Origin: Octopus bimaculoides
Taxonomy: Eukaryota
NCBI RefSeq assembly: GCF_001194135.2
Contig: NC_068997.1
Coordinates: forward strand, 38,794,034-38,858,033
Length of the DNA: 64,000 bases
Direction of reading: 5' to 3'
In this document: one piece after another, positions 11,900 to 25,073 of the stretch
Layout: each line of letters starts with the position of its first letter
How positions within the stretch are numbered: the stretch's first letter is position 1
Program-made: the position numbers and the translations under genes
The notes under the pieces: model-generated
Database searches by the model: none
What the model was told of the DNA's origin: nothing
Seen by the model: the letters and a program-made list of their open reading frames with translations, nothing else

Positions 11900-14492
11900 T
11901 ACTATGTCTTTTGCACTACCAAACTTGTTGCTAGTGTCTGATGGCTCCCTACATCAACATTGGATGTGCTGAGCATGCAAAATCTTTAACATCACCATAA
12001 ACAGAACTTGTACTCAAGCCAATGAAGTCGCCTCTTCATAGCTGTGTCACTTTCTAAAAAGAGCAGCTAATTTTCCTTTGCATCACACACCCTACCATTT
12101 AAAAAAAACCCCAAAAAACAAAAAACAAATGAGAGAAGCATAGTGTGTCTGGAAAAAGTATGGGATGGTCTTAGTTGTAATGCATTTGAATGTGGCAGGA
12201 GGAAAATGGCTGGCCTGAATGATTGAATTTAAGGAGTTGTAAAGATTTTTGATGTAAAAAGTGTTAGGGGTACCAAAAGGTAATTTTGTATTTTCATGCA
12301 AATAGTCTGATGTCATACCACAAATAGTTTATAAGCCAATAAAAGTGTCCTTGCAATGAACCAATCAGCATAGAGCTAATGTTAATGTGGACATGTGTGT
12401 GTAGCTCTATGTATATGCTGTGCGTGTATATGCTCTATCTCAGTCATGGGCAACTTGTGACCCACAGGACCTTCTAAATGGCATGCTTAATGAAAAAGTA
12501 CTTTTAATTTCTTTTTAGTTGTGTAGTCTGCTTAATGATGAGCCATGTGTCATGTGGCTTGTTCTGGATAAAGGTTGCCCATGCCTGCTCTATCTGATAG
12601 TGTTCAGCCTCTGGCTGTTCTGATTTCCAAAGAGTGGCAGCACTGATATAATCTGCAGCATCAGCCTCAACCACCCTTGATATAGCAGGATCAATAGTTT
12701 TCATAGCAGAATTGACAATCTCTTGCTTTACACACTCAAAAGCTTTCAATACTGAAGAGGGGTTGGGAAAATGTTTAGCAGTAACTAAAATATGAAGTTT
12801 CTCTAGAAAATTTCAGAATATAAATAGTAATAGGCAAACATGCCCAATGCACACTGCAAAGAAGTTATGCCTTTGAGGAAGATCGAGTTGTAAAAATATG
12901 CATATTCTAAATCTGGTCTAATCTATAATTGATCACAGTCAGTCAAGTAGATTAATATATTTAGCAGAAAATGTACACTTTCCTTTGTTTAACCCTTTAT
13001 CATTTAAACTGGCCATATCAGCCCAAGTATGGCAAACTGGCCAAACTCAGCCTCTCACACATGCCCTACAATGTCATTCTAAAAATAAACAATCATATCA
13101 AAATCTTGAAGCTATAAGAATCTGCATGATTAATTCAAAACAATGTGAATCAGCAAGTAGTACATTTGACAGAGTAATCTGAATACTAAAGAATTAAAGT
13201 AAGGTTGTACTTGTTCACTGCATCTAAGAACTTCTTCAAGCTGTCATCATGGACACTCTGGTATATCCACAAAGAGTTACATTGTTAGTATATGCAAACG
13301 TGGCTGTGTTCCTTGGTTTTGTTTTTTTCAGTTATGTCAATAGTTATATACTGAAAGTTAGCAACATCATTAGAAACTCGAAAAAGAAATTTGTCTAAAT
13401 TTGTATTAACCTTGAATGCAGTGTAAAATTTATCTTGTATCTCTACTTAATGGTAAGTACTTCTAATATACTGAAGCTATTATATTAAGTCCCTTTCTCA
13501 ACCGTCTCCACAATGTTTGACAGAGGGTAGGTCTCTAGTAACATATAGTGATTTATTGTCTGTGAATAATTGATGACTATGTTTCTTATGATTATCTTCA
13601 GATTGAACCAACATCTGAACCATTCAAGGTGACTCACTTTGTTCAGTAGCAGTCTCCTATTGCAAATGCATTACTTTAGAATTCATAAATACCTGGTTAT
13701 TAAGAAAATGCAATCGAGATTTTGCAGTCTTGGCTTTGCAACCGGTTAGTAAACAAAGAAGGCCATGGGACAGCAGCGGCAGTGAGACCGCTGACAGTCA
13801 GAGTCGGTTTGGTCTCACCAAGTTGAATTTCAATAGAAGAATAGTGTTAGATTTTTAAGAATTCTCCACTGGTTTGACACACTCCAATAACCTTTCAAGT
13901 AAGAGAGGTAGCTGCAATTGAGGCATAGCTGTTTGTTGGATTTACCTGCCTCCTATATATCTGTTTACTCGTTCCTTGTTGAAGAAGCTTTTTGTGATTC
14001 TCCAGTCTACCAATGCCTTGGCTTTCTATTCATTTATTTTAATGCCTGTAACAGTACATAACAAAGAGGTGAACCTGCAGAAAGTGCAGCTATTGTGGAT
14101 AGTGTTGAAGATGTAGATTGAGGAGACTGACACACCTTGGTATAATGTCCTTTCTTACTACATTTGTTACATAGCACATTCTTGGCATGACAGTTTGATT
14201 CAGAGGAGTGTACAAATATTATATTCCTGACCTTTTGGGGGAATCAACCACAGTTGTACAAAAAATGTGGAGTGCTTTTCAATCATTTCTAGAGTATTAG
14301 CCTGCTCATAGGCAGTCTAAAAATCTCTAGTTTTGTTTTCAATTAAATGTTGCATTATCTCGGAGGAAGAAAGGCTGTTAATAAAAGTACTCCTTATACA
14401 ATCACCACTGTATTGCCCAGTAGCCATTAATAAAGATGCCCCTTATACAATCACCACTGTATCACCCAGTACTGGCTAAGAACCTGGCTACA
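11900..14492 (-). mobile_element. Degenerate Ty3/Gypsy LTR retrotransposon (gag-CCHC, PR, RT, RNase H, IN) with one short LTR
   Basis: Minus strand, in order: LTR-like 14492-14348 (TG...CA); CHAKNVLCNKCSKKGHYTKVC knuckle (~14130-14190); KALVDWRITKSF (decayed D-T/S-G protease, ~14010); VINYSQTINHYMLLETYPL, YTAFKVN and TFAYTNNVTLCG...SLKKFLDAVNKYNL (RT, 13200-13600); KAFECVKQEI...VVEADAADYISAATL (RNase H, ORF 12504-12749); IIQASHFPPATFKCITTKT (integrase-like, ORF 12092-12316). Confidence 0.85.
12988..13198 (+). mobile_element. TTAA-CCCTT...AAGGG-TTAA MITE family (piggyBac-like termini), copy inserted into the Gypsy pol
   Basis: TTAACCCTTTA.CATTTAAAC.GGCCATATC ... AATCTGAAT.CTAAAG..TTAA. Same internal sequence as the copies at ~15362, ~19645 and ~56888. 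Confidence 0.75.
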
Positions 14493-15182
14493 ATCATTGA
14501 CTAAGAATTTTAATATTTGTAAACACTGGTCTTGTGATTTATCAACCTCTTGTCTATGGGTCGTAAAAACATGCTGAGCATATGCTTAACCTTTTAGTTT
14601 GACATATATGGCTTGCAGAAAATTAATAGCAGCATCATACATAGTCACATCTGTAATATACTCATACACCCTTGGTGATATGTCATTGATCAAAAGATTG
14701 TCTTTCAATTGTTAGAATTGCAATGAAGTTTTGAAAACTTTTCTGCTAGCAGAATCAAATGAACATATATTAAGGCTAGTTAAACTCGTCTCAGGTTTTA
14801 TCATTGTTAAACGAAGCATACCTTGTGTTTGCTACCAGCTGAAAGTGGCATGAAATTTATATTGCTGAAAACGAAGGGAGACCACTTATACAAAATTCTG
14901 TAACACTATTGATTTATAACTGCCTATTGATTATTCTTATTCTGGGTCCTGCCATGTTACCAGTTTTATTTCATCATATTGACAGGAAAATTTGTTTTTA
15001 TATGTACTTGGCTTTTAAAAGAATTTTTACATGTTACTGATGTCATTGTTTCTGTTGCTGAGGTGACAATTATACTTTTTCATTCTCCAAGAGAAGAACT
15101 CTGTTTAAGATATGAGATGTATCTCTTTCTCAAACAACAGGCACTCGTGTCCTGCTATAGAAGGGATACATGGCTGCTCCAC

Positions 15183-15218
<36 letters not shown>

Positions 15219-15361
15219 TGGGTAAGAGTAACTGTAAAGAAGACATTAATGGTGCTAATGAGGTGTCAGCATATTCTCAAGATATAAGGTTGACAAATAA
15301 TCAGGAAGGATTGGTGAGTAAGTTCATTTGAGCGTGAGAAGAGAGTAACAGATGATGTAAG

Positions 15362-15580
15362 CCTTTAACATTCTAACCGGCTATATCAGGCCCAAATACT
15401 CTACTAGTAATAATTTCAAACTGGCTAGATCAGGCCTCTCACACCTACTCTGCAATGTCATTCTGAAAATAAGCAAGCACATCATCAAAGTCTTGAAGCT
15501 ACAAGATAATGAATGATTTATTCAAAACAATGTGAATAGATAAAAGTTACATTTAACAGAGAAATCTGAATGCTAAAGGG
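15362..15580 (+). mobile_element. Same TTAA-type MITE family copy
   Basis: Shares CACACCTAC...AATGTCATTCTGAAAATAA...AAAACAATGTGAATA...AATCTGAATGCTAAAGGG with the other copies. Confidence 0.75.
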
Positions 15581-15599
15581 CGTGGTTGTTGGTAAATAT

Positions 15600-16110
15600 T
15601 AATATGAGGGTAAGGGAAACTAATAGAGGAGTGGCTGGGGGAGGGGGAGGTGATAAGTGGCAGCAGAGAAATGGAGGAAAGCAGCAGTATAATAAACCCG
15701 TAGCTAGATCAGAAAATATAGAAATGATGTGTTGGTTGGGAGAGTGGGGGTGTGAGATATACAGTGAAAAAGATTGATGTCAGTGGTATATAGGGGAGGC
15801 TGTAGTGAGTAGGGGACAAAGATAGGGTGATAGGCCATCATGGCAGAAATGAAGGGGTGGTGAGAATGATAAGAGTGTTAAAGGTAGGTAATGGATGTCC
15901 TAAGATGTATCTCAGGAAGTGTGGGAAGTGTGCCACTGACGGAGCAGCTTGAGGCCCCTTGCTGTGAGGAGGAGGAGTTTGTCCTCCTTTATCACGAGGG
16001 AGGGCCTGTAAGAGAATTCCTGGATGATCAGTGTGACTGAAAAATGATGTACTCGGAATGCACAGGCAATCCAATATGGCCTCCACAGGTGATTGCGGAG
16101 GTGGTACAGC
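15600..16110 (-). mobile_element. Probable Penelope-like element 3' end (GIY-YIG tail plus pyrimidine-rich 3' region)
   Basis: Minus strand SVAH..HFLRYILGHPLPTFN resembles the PLE C-terminal PVA.HF...LIF.LG.L.P.G.N pattern. Highly decayed. Confidence 0.4.
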
Positions 16111-17339
16111 ATACAGTGTTGTCAAGGGTCATGGAGACCCGTGACAAGAAAGAGTTTGCGTTCCTTTTTGCGGGCCCTGACTTGTCACTGCAGAGTTGTC
16201 TGCAGGCGGCAAGTCAACTTGCTTGGGGGCCCCGATGATTGAATTTTTGTTATGCACTTTAATTGTTGTAATTGAACTGTTTGAACAATGATTTCGAAGG
16301 GTTTTCGGTCGGCGGGTGCCGAATACCCCTCTCGTTTATATCATCCATATCTTATCATCCTTCATTTCATTAATGTATGTGTCCAGCCCGCTTTGCTTCC
16401 TGCACCTCTGTATACAGCCCTAGTGGCTAATTAAATGAAATAAAGATGTATCTCAGGAGAAAGAGAGAGAGAGAGAGAGAGGTGCAGAAAGGGGTAATCA
16501 GTGGAAAAATAAAGTGGGAAAAGATGATATAAAAGGATGGATTTTAAAAAGCAATGGTTCCAGAAAGTGAGGAAAGTAACTGGTGGTACAAAAGTGGAAG
16601 GAAATTTATATATATTTTACTCACATGAGTTTTGACCTCAACTCTATACCTTAATGCGACATTTCCAAATCTGTCAAGGTATCACACAAAGAAAATCACT
16701 TAGGCTAAGACCATCAGATTCATTTGTAATGTGAGGCTTCTTTTAATTAATGGTGAATATTTTAATGAAGTAATTTCCATTGTTTATTGGTATGTTTATC
16801 ATTTCACAAATTCTTTTCCATTTAAAAGATTTAGCTTATTTATGTTATTGTGATTTAGTAGAAAGTTAATGAATTCAACATGTATTGATAAGAAAGAATG
16901 ATAAAACCAGTATTGAAGCAGCACAGTGATTCCAGTAGTGGCTGCATTTGGGTTATGTTTCATTGGTAATAACAACAAATAAGTTTCGTAATATCCCAGA
17001 TTTTTCCAAAGAAATTTTCAGCTCTGAGTTAAAGGAAAAAAATAAAATAGTCAAAATGAAAAATTGTTTCCTATTAGAGATGGTGCCACCTGAATCATAA
17101 TTCAAAACTATTTCAACTTATTTGATGATTAGTTCTTTAACTATAACCTTTTTTCTTTTACTTTTTTTACTTTCAGATTTTGCTCTTCTAAATTTACTGA
17201 TATACAGGGTGGGCTAAAAGTCACACAAAAATAAGTTCAGTAAGCTCTGGAATTGTCAAAGACATGCTTCAATTTTTCTAAAATTGAATAAAATAAATAA
17301 AATAATGATGAATATATGTGCCCTTACATGATGAACAAA

Positions 17340-17342
17340 ATA

Positions 17343-17390
<48 letters not shown>
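17340..17390. repeat. (TAA)n microsatellite
   Basis: Direct reading. Confidence 0.95.
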
Positions 17391-17512
17391 TTCTTTTGCT
17401 TGCCACCAGGGTGAAGGATGAGGGAGACAAGACAAAGACAAACACCAAGTGTGGGGGTTTACATATAATGAAATATGAGAAAAAAAACATACATATAAAT
17501 GTATAGAAAGTA

Positions 17513-18351
17513 TACATGGTGGTATCAGAAAGTTCCCTGACTAGTTCTGTAGCATGCCAACAGATGGCAGCACATGGTTTTGTGCACAGTGAGAATTTGC
17601 AGTGACTTTCATGAGGCAGTGTGCCGTTGTGAAATTTGTGTTTTTGTGATCACGTGTATACTGTAGTCTGCAATTTTGTCATGGATTGGAACAAAGAGCT
17701 AACATGAAATTTGGGAAGTCTGCTACAGAGACATTAAGCATGCTTAGGTAAGCAATGGGTCGTGTGCAGTGTTTCAGGTGGCATGAGTGCTTCGAAAGCA
17801 GAACATCTCTGGAAGACAATGAATGATCTGGTTGACCTGCCACCAGCGTTACCCATGGAAATGTGGTATTGTGCATTGAGAATTTGTTTCCCAAGGCCAG
17901 ACTGTCAGTCAAGAGTTCTACTGTGACATTTTTAAGTGTTTGAGGAAGGACATTTGGCAAAAGTGAATGGATCTGTGGATTCTTCATGACAACATTGCAT
18001 GTCATGAAGCTCTTTTCACTTGTGAGTTTCTTGCCAAAAACAATCTGGTATCGCTTCCGCACCTACCCTATTTGCTAGATTTAGCACTTGCAGACTGCCA
18101 TCTCTTTTCCCCAAGATGAAAAGGCAACTGAAAGGTCACCATTGTTGAGATCCAGAATGAATTGCAAAAGGGTCATCAACTTGCTTACAGAAAACGTCTT
18201 CCAGGCCAGATTCCAAAAGTGGCAGGAACATTGGGACTGGTGTATTGCTGTGCAAGGTGATTGATTTGAAGGAGATGATGCTAAAACTTGGTAAATAAGT
18301 TATTTTTTATTAAACATAACTGGTCCAGGAACTCTTTGATGCCATTTTGTA
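17513..18351 (+). mobile_element. Internally deleted mariner element with both TIRs
   Basis: Left TACATGGTGGTATCAGAAAGTTCCCTGACTAGT, right reverse complement TACAAAATGGCATCAAAGAGTTCCTGGACCAGT. Internal PHLPYLLDLALADCHLF (HPPYSPDLAP.DF.LF-like) and FQKWQEHWDWCIAVQGD.FE C-terminus. Confidence 0.85.
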
Positions 18352-18589
18352 CACAGTACAATAAGACAGAAAAGGGAAGCATACATAGTATACGATAGTA
18401 AAAATAAAATAAAATAAAAGGTGGGAATGATAATGATATTGTCCTCCTGACACAGGAGGACGTCTAGGGATAATCAAGGAACCTTACTATCCAAGATCTC
18501 CCTGAACACCAAGGGCAAATGGCTTCTCCAATTCTTCTTCTCCAGCTCACTGGTCTATACTTAGAGCAGTATCATTCCACTCTTGCCAT

Positions 18590-18810
18590 TTTAACAGTTT
18601 TCAAAATTTTGGCTCCCGGTCAGCAAGTTTGGGGAAGAGGTAAGTTGATTACATCAACCCCAGTACTAAGCTGGTACTTATTTTATTGACCCTTTAAAGG
18701 TTGAAAGGCAAAGTCGACCTTGGCGGATTTGGAACTTAGAGCATAATGATGGATGAAATGCTGCTAAGTGTTTTGCTCCAGTGCTAACAATTCTATCAGC
18801 TTGCTGCCTA
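18590..18810 (-). mobile_element. SINE family C copy
   Basis: Reverse complement of the GTCGACTTTGCCTTTCA.CCTTT..GGGTC.ATAAAATAAGTACCAG domain, shared with copies at ~31690, 35265, 35487, 36650 and 37670. Confidence 0.8.
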
Positions 18811-19644
18811 ATAATAATGTAACATAAATAAAATGTCAACTGTTTTGGTGTGTAACTTTTGACCCATCCTGTATGTAGCCTGATTGTTTTTCAAAATTAC
18901 ATGCTGTCTGTTCTGTTCTACTTCTGTCTTTCTCAGTAGACTCAAAACTAAAAGTTACAGGAATGTTTTATCACTTTGGTTTAACTTCTTTTCTTTTGTG
19001 AGATTTGTTCATTGATTTAGCTTTGTGTGTAAGAATATATCTTGTTTTAACTGTAAATATGATTTAACTCATTTTGTTTTTACTTTCTGAAACATTCTCA
19101 GCATTTAAAGACTATGTTGTAGAACTTGTACATGAAGAACTTTATCACAAATATTAGGATTTGGTTATGTCATAGCATGTTTCATTTCTACACTCAGTTG
19201 ATTTATCATAACAATATATAAACACATTGTTATGTATGTGTATGCTCACACACATGAATGGTTTTATATAATTTGTATATTTGTATTTTATTCACATACA
19301 GGCGAGTGTAGATTTATGTATACTAAATGAAATTCTAATTAAATTCTCATTATACATAATTCAGAAATTGTTATATGATCATGGGAGAAATTTGATTAAT
19401 CTTGTTATTCAAAAACCTTGCAATATTAAAATTCTGTTGTGAACAGATTTTTTCTTAATTATTTGGATATTTGTTTGAATTAGAGTTTTAGTTATCCACA
19501 ATGCTGATGTCATCTGGATTGTGTGAGCATAGCAGATTAAACGCCAGGTGAACTGTGTTTGCAATTCACCTTCAGTTTCAGATTGGTCATAACGCTACCT
19601 AATCTACATTTCATTTCTGTCATGTTAGCTTTTATTAAGAACTG

Positions 19645-19856
19645 AACCCTTTAGTATTCAGATTTGTTTGTCAAATGTAATGCTTATTTATTCACCTTGT
19701 TTTGAATTAATCATGCTTTACCTTGTGGCTTTGAGATTTCAATGATGTGACTGTTTATTTGTAGAATGAGCTTGTAGGGTAGATGTCAGAGTTTGAACAT
19801 AAAATGAGTAGAATATTTTGACCAGATATGGCTTGTTTAAATGCTAAAGGGTTAAA
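19645..19856 (-). mobile_element. TTAA-type MITE family copy (reverse orientation)
   Basis: AACCCTTTAGTATTCAGATT ... ATATGGCTTGTTTAAATGCTAAAGGGTTAA. Confidence 0.8.
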
Positions 19857-20334
19857 GAAGGACATTTCTAGACAGATAAGCTTTTGACACAATGCGTAAA
19901 GATAGACATTAGTAATACTTTAATAACAATGTTTTATGAGGCATTTTCATCATCACTTCCATTTTTGAGGTCTTTGTCTCAGTGCAGTACATATTGAACA
20001 GAAACTGTTTCGAAGAGGATATATAAGCTACTGCATCAAACAGTTTCATTTTGTTTATGTTTTTTATGCTTTTGTACATACTTGTTTCATATGAATCATT
20101 TAGGCATTCATCTTCCATAATTATCAAGCCAAACTTTAATAAATATTAAAAAAATATTTCAAGTAGTCGTTTATTGAACCTGTTCAGTATCACTGTGCCT
20201 ATGATTTGTGAGGGCTGTCAACAAATGAAAGTGATTATGAGTTGAATAAAAAGGAAAATGTCCCATAAATCTACTCGACAGACAGCAAAGTTTGCACATG
20301 TAGCTTTTGGTATAAGTTTATCATTTTCATCCTT

Positions 20335-21044
20335 CAGCTAGAGCACTCCCACTAGGCCATAAGATCCCTGGGGATCTTTATAAGATTTTTAGGGGTCCAC
20401 GTGAGCAAACTAGTAAATTGGGTCCTCACAGTACTATTTTAAGGGTCTTTTATTCTTTTAATCTTTTATTTGTTTCAGTCATTAGACTGCGGCCATGCTA
20501 GAGCACTACCTTTAGTCGAGCAATTCGACCCCAGGACTTATTCTTTGTAAGCCTAGTACTTTTTCTATCAGTCTCTCTTTTGCCGAACTGCTAAGTTACA
20601 AGCACGTAAACACACCAACATCAGTTGTCAAGCTATGGTGGAGTGACAAACAGATGCACAAACATACACACATACCATCTACCAAATCCACTCACAAGGC
20701 TTTGGTTGGCCCAAGGCTATAGTAGAAGACACTTGCCCAAGATGCCACGCAGTGAGACTGAACCCAGAACCATGTGGTTGGTAAGCAAGCTACTTACCAC
20801 ACAGCCACTCTTGCGCCTATAAGAAATTTTGCTTTAGATGTATTTATTGCAAGAAACAGCTAGATATCTTTCTCTAACATTTTACATAGTTCAACCTACA
20901 CAAGTTAATGTGTGAAACACAAAATAGAATTTTGAAAGAAACATCTATACAACTAGTTTTTAAACATCAAATGGCTATGGAAATCCACCAGAATAAAATA
21001 GTAATGAACGGGGTCAATAGGTTAAAAAGAGTTGAGAACCACTG
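20335..21044. mobile_element. hAT-like MITE interrupted by a SINE A copy
   Basis: Right end GTTGAGAACCACTG (reverse complement of a CAGTGGTTCTCAAC hAT-type TIR), GGGGTCCAC subterminal motifs, decayed left end. Confidence 0.5.
20452..20818 (-). mobile_element. SINE family A copy
   Basis: Reverse-complement homologue of 9441-9849. Confidence 0.9.
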
Positions 21045-21709
21045 TACTAAACAATCAAATGCCTTATAGTCTCATTTGTAAATTAATTAGATTAACTGCA
21101 TTAGTATTTCATTATATCCTAGTTTTCACCATGAAATTGAACTGCTGTTTGATTTGGCACATAAGTGTTAAATTTGAGTTTAGCACCTATATTTGGCTGC
21201 GTTTCTGTTTGCATACTTTCATTGTAAATGAAATTCTACTTCACTTTATACATTAATGATTAGTCAAGGAAAATGAAACATGCAAACTGTGTCTTGCTCT
21301 TGTTTTGAATTAGAAGAAAATATTATGATAAAACTATTATCCCCCTGACTGGCAGTTCTCTAAACATCTTTACTCAGTCTGTAGGTGGTTTCTAGCCATC
21401 CTTCTTAGATTTTTTCCCAGTACCTCATTAGGTCTGACAATTTACTGGTTGTATTGTTTGTATTTTTCAAATAGTTTTCTGTTTATTTATTTATTTATTC
21501 TTCTAGTCATTTATTTATTTGTTTATTTATTTTCCCCTCCCTATATGTTGTTGTCACTGAAAAACTTCTGCATTGAGCAATCACATGATTTATAAATATT
21601 TATTACCATTTGACTTCCACGTTCTCAAAAGTCATTAATTATTCACAACTTAAGATAGTTGTCTACTACATATTCAACAATAACTCTGATTACACATTAT
21701 TCTTGGTAA

Positions 21710-21900
21710 TCTGGTGTGTGTGTGTGTGCGGGAAATAGAAAATATATTTATAGATATGTATAATATATATAAGTATATATATGATGTATATGTAAATATA
21801 TACATATATGTGTGTGCATGTGTATACGTATAATTATATATACACACATGTACATAATTTATATAATATATACAAATGCATATAGTATATACAAATGCAC

Positions 21901-21937
<37 letters not shown>

Positions 21938-22030
21938 CATATATACATAATCTCTATATGTATATATACACACACACGCACATATCTATATGGATGTGTG
22001 TGTTTGAATGCATGCGCACGTGCGCACACA

Positions 22031-22070
<40 letters not shown>
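21710..22070. repeat. Compound (TA)/(CA)/(TG) microsatellite tract
   Basis: Direct reading. Explains the YIYI/THTH ORFs. Confidence 0.9.
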
Positions 22071-23059
22071 AGTTAAGTAAAACAAAATCAGCACAAATGA
22101 ATCCCATCAGATTTTATAATGAACTTCTCTGTTAACTAATCTATCACTTTCATTTGATTCTGGTTGACTATACAGTTTTTGCTAATAACTCGGCTTGCTT
22201 CACTTCTTTTATATTGAAATTCTTAATTTTCATAATCATTTTAATTCATCTTTCAAACTTTTCTCTTTTTTTTTTATTATTTAATTAAAAAATGAAAATT
22301 ACTATTTTTGTATCTTCAGTTTATTTAGTTATTTTTCAATTCTTATGTCACTTTATTTTTTCTTTTATTATCAGCATCAATATGTGTTTCTTTCTTTGTA
22401 TGTGTGTTCACAAGAAATCTGTGATTATATGCTATCCACTAAATATTAAAAGCAGTGGAATCAATTTAGTAAAGCTACCATTTAGTTACTTTGGTATGTG
22501 AATGCAAGAAGAAAGTGAATGATTTTTCATGATCAATTTTCTAAACAGCAGCACTTCTTTTCTAATGGCATCTCATCTATCATTGCAAGCTCTTAGTTTC
22601 TTCTCAGTGATAATAGTTTTGCAGAAAGCATCATTTCGTTATACTTTGTGCAGCAATAATTTGTCATTGACTGTTGGATTTTTCATATAAAAGTAATTAC
22701 TGAGCCATGTAAATATTATGTTCATGTTTTTTTTTTTTAATAGTATAAAGGTTAATTTTTTTCGAGTGGCTCTAATTTGTCAAAAATACTCATGTTATTG
22801 TGTTAGATGGAAATAGTTCTAACAAAGGATATGATGGCTGTTGAATTTTCAGTGTTTTGATATCTTATTCTTTAGTGTATCCTTTGGTCTCTGATTTTCA
22901 TTATCTGCCGACCTCCTGCTCATAGTTTACAATATTTATTGTAAATACAAATGTTGATACTTGAATAAACCACTTGATTTTTTTGACTCATTATATTACA
23001 CATGTTTTCTTGATGTACTGCTTATATTCCTAATCAGCATTACAACGTTCTCGCTATCT

Positions 23060-23283
23060 TTTATCTTTTACTTGTATCAGTCATTTACTGCGGCCATGTT
23101 GGGGCACCATCTTGAAGAACTTTTAGTCGAATGAATTAACACCAGTACTTCTATTTTGCTAAATCTGGAAACTTATTCTGTTAGTCTATTTTGCTAAACT
23201 GCTAAGTTACAGGATTGTAAACACAACAACACTGGATGTCAAACAGTGGCAGGCAACAAATACAAAGACAGACAGACAGACAG

Positions 23284-23315
<32 letters not shown>

Positions 23316-23487
23316 GCACACACTGATGGGCTTTCAGTTTCCATCTACCAACTCCACTCACAAAGCTTTGGTCAGCTTGAAGCTGTAATACGAGAAGACA
23401 CTTGCCGAAGGTGCCACACAGTGGGGCTGGACCCAGAACTCTGTGGTTGGAAAGCCAGCTTCTTACCACACAGCCATGCCTGCACTT
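23060..23487 (-). mobile_element. SINE family A copy
   Basis: Reverse-complement homologue of 9441-9849 with an internal (CA)n. Confidence 0.85.
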
Positions 23488-23599
23488 ATATTCATTACTC
23501 TTAATTGTGCCAACTGAGTTTAATATGTTTTACTGAGTTGGTCTAACCAGTTAACTAGATCTACTTCTATTTGAACTGTCTGCATTACCTCCAAATTTT

Positions 23600-24570
23600 G
23601 ATCATCTGATTGTTGCTGTGAAGTCCCTATATGAATGCCCAGATGTTTGTATATAGGTAAATGATACGAAGTTGAAACCTTTCAACATGAGTGCTGGATT
23701 TCAGCAGGGATGCTTATTGTCATCTATCCTGTTCATAATTCTTGACACATGTAATAGTTGTGGAAGTGGGATCATGATTGGTGAGTGTAGGATCAGATGA
23801 CATGGTTGTACTTGGCTCATCAGAAGGTGATCTCCAGCATGCACTGAATGGGTTTGCTGGCAAGTGCTGCAAAGCAGAGATGAGAATTAGTCTTGCAATG
23901 GTTGAGAAATTGCTCCCTTCAAAGAAGTCTTCCCAGTGTGCACTTTGCATGTTAGTGGAGCATCACTGAGGCAAGTGAGGATGATTAGGTATCTTGGGGC
24001 CATATTCATGAGTGGTTGGAGGCAGGAAGCTAAATTGGGTGCTAGAATTGCAGATGCTGGCATTGTAATGTGTCAGCTTCAGCATTTGATCCTCAGAAGA
24101 GGAACAATTGGATAAAAGCCAAACTCACTATCTTCAGTTTGGTTTCTGTGCCAGTCCTCAATTATGGCCATGAATGTTTGTAGGTAATGGCCGAAAATAT
24201 ATGATTGTAAATGTAGGCTACCAAAACAGGGTTCTTCTGAAGGATTTCTGGAGTAACATTACATGACAGGGTGTATGACTCAGAGATCAGGAAATCTCTT
24301 CAAATCAAGCTGCTACTTCTCTGTATTGAGAGGTCGCAGCTTCAGTGCTATGAGTGTGTGATTAGAATGTCACAGGAAAGAATTGTAAGCTGAATGGCAG
24401 GAGACCTGAGGGTAGACCAAGAACAAGATAGCTGGATAATACCCATAGCCTCAGTTGGTCACACTTGGGAATCTAGCTGGAAAGTCTCATAATGATTGCT
24501 TCTGATAGAACCTTATGGAGGAGGTACTTGAGGACTTTCCTCTGCACAACCCTCCCATGAATAGTGGAGA
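23600..24570 (+). mobile_element. RTE-like LINE, RT domains 4-7 to the 3' end (decayed)
   Basis: KPFNMSAGFQQGCLLSSILF (QGC.LSP.LF motif), LGSSEGDLQHALN, YLG.IF, RISGVTL.DRV..SEIRKSL, RP.GRPR...LD. Confidence 0.85.
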
Positions 24571-25022
24571 AGAAAATGGATGGATTCTATTAGAGTTATC
24601 ACCATTGCTTGTTGGTTTTAGGCTTTAAGTTCAAGGGGGAGTTATCTTCTAATCACTTGGATAATCTCTGATCACAGTTTTTCAATTCACTATATTACAT
24701 GTTAGTATATACATATACTTATATGTATATTGTACATACATATTTGTATATATAATATACTAATTAGTACATATGTATTATATTCATTACATATGTGAGA
24801 CCATATTTAGTATGCAGAATGTTTCCTTATGGTATCCTCCCTAGGTCAACTCAATGAATATCTGGTTTGTGGTTAATTTCTAACATGTCTAAACTGTTTA
24901 TATTTATTTCAGTTGTTGATTTTGTTATATGTTTCACGACTATTTACTTTCAATTTTTCTTTTCTAGTTTTATCAGTTTAATTTTTAACTCAATTTTTTG
25001 CTTCAATTTTATTTCATTGTAG

Positions 25023-25073
25023 GCTATGCGGTTTCCACCTAAATCATACAATAAAGATTTAGAATCTGCTGAG
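25023..25073 (+). CDS. PSMD3: 26S proteasome non-ATPase regulatory subunit 3 (Rpn3), penultimate coding exon, 51 nt
   Basis: Polypyrimidine tract...TGTAG acceptor, GTAAGT donor, phase 0/0. Translates to AMRFPPKSYNKDLESAE, identical to my recollection of the human PSMD3 C-terminal segment, and joins in frame to the exon at 46645. Confidence 0.95.

Larger units (their letters stand above)
17203..18873. mobile_element. Tc1/mariner-type non-autonomous element (25-bp TIRs, TA ends) hosting nested insertions
   Basis: Left TACAGGGTGGGCTAAAAGTCACACA versus reverse complement of the right end TACAGGATGGGTCAAAAGTTACACA (21/25 identical). Confidence 0.7.

Noticed and set aside
16650-16685. TCTGTCAAG|GTATCA as the missing PSMD3 exon ending in SVK
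   Set aside because: There is an in-frame TAA a few codons upstream, and the preceding residues do not match FCLDIHN.
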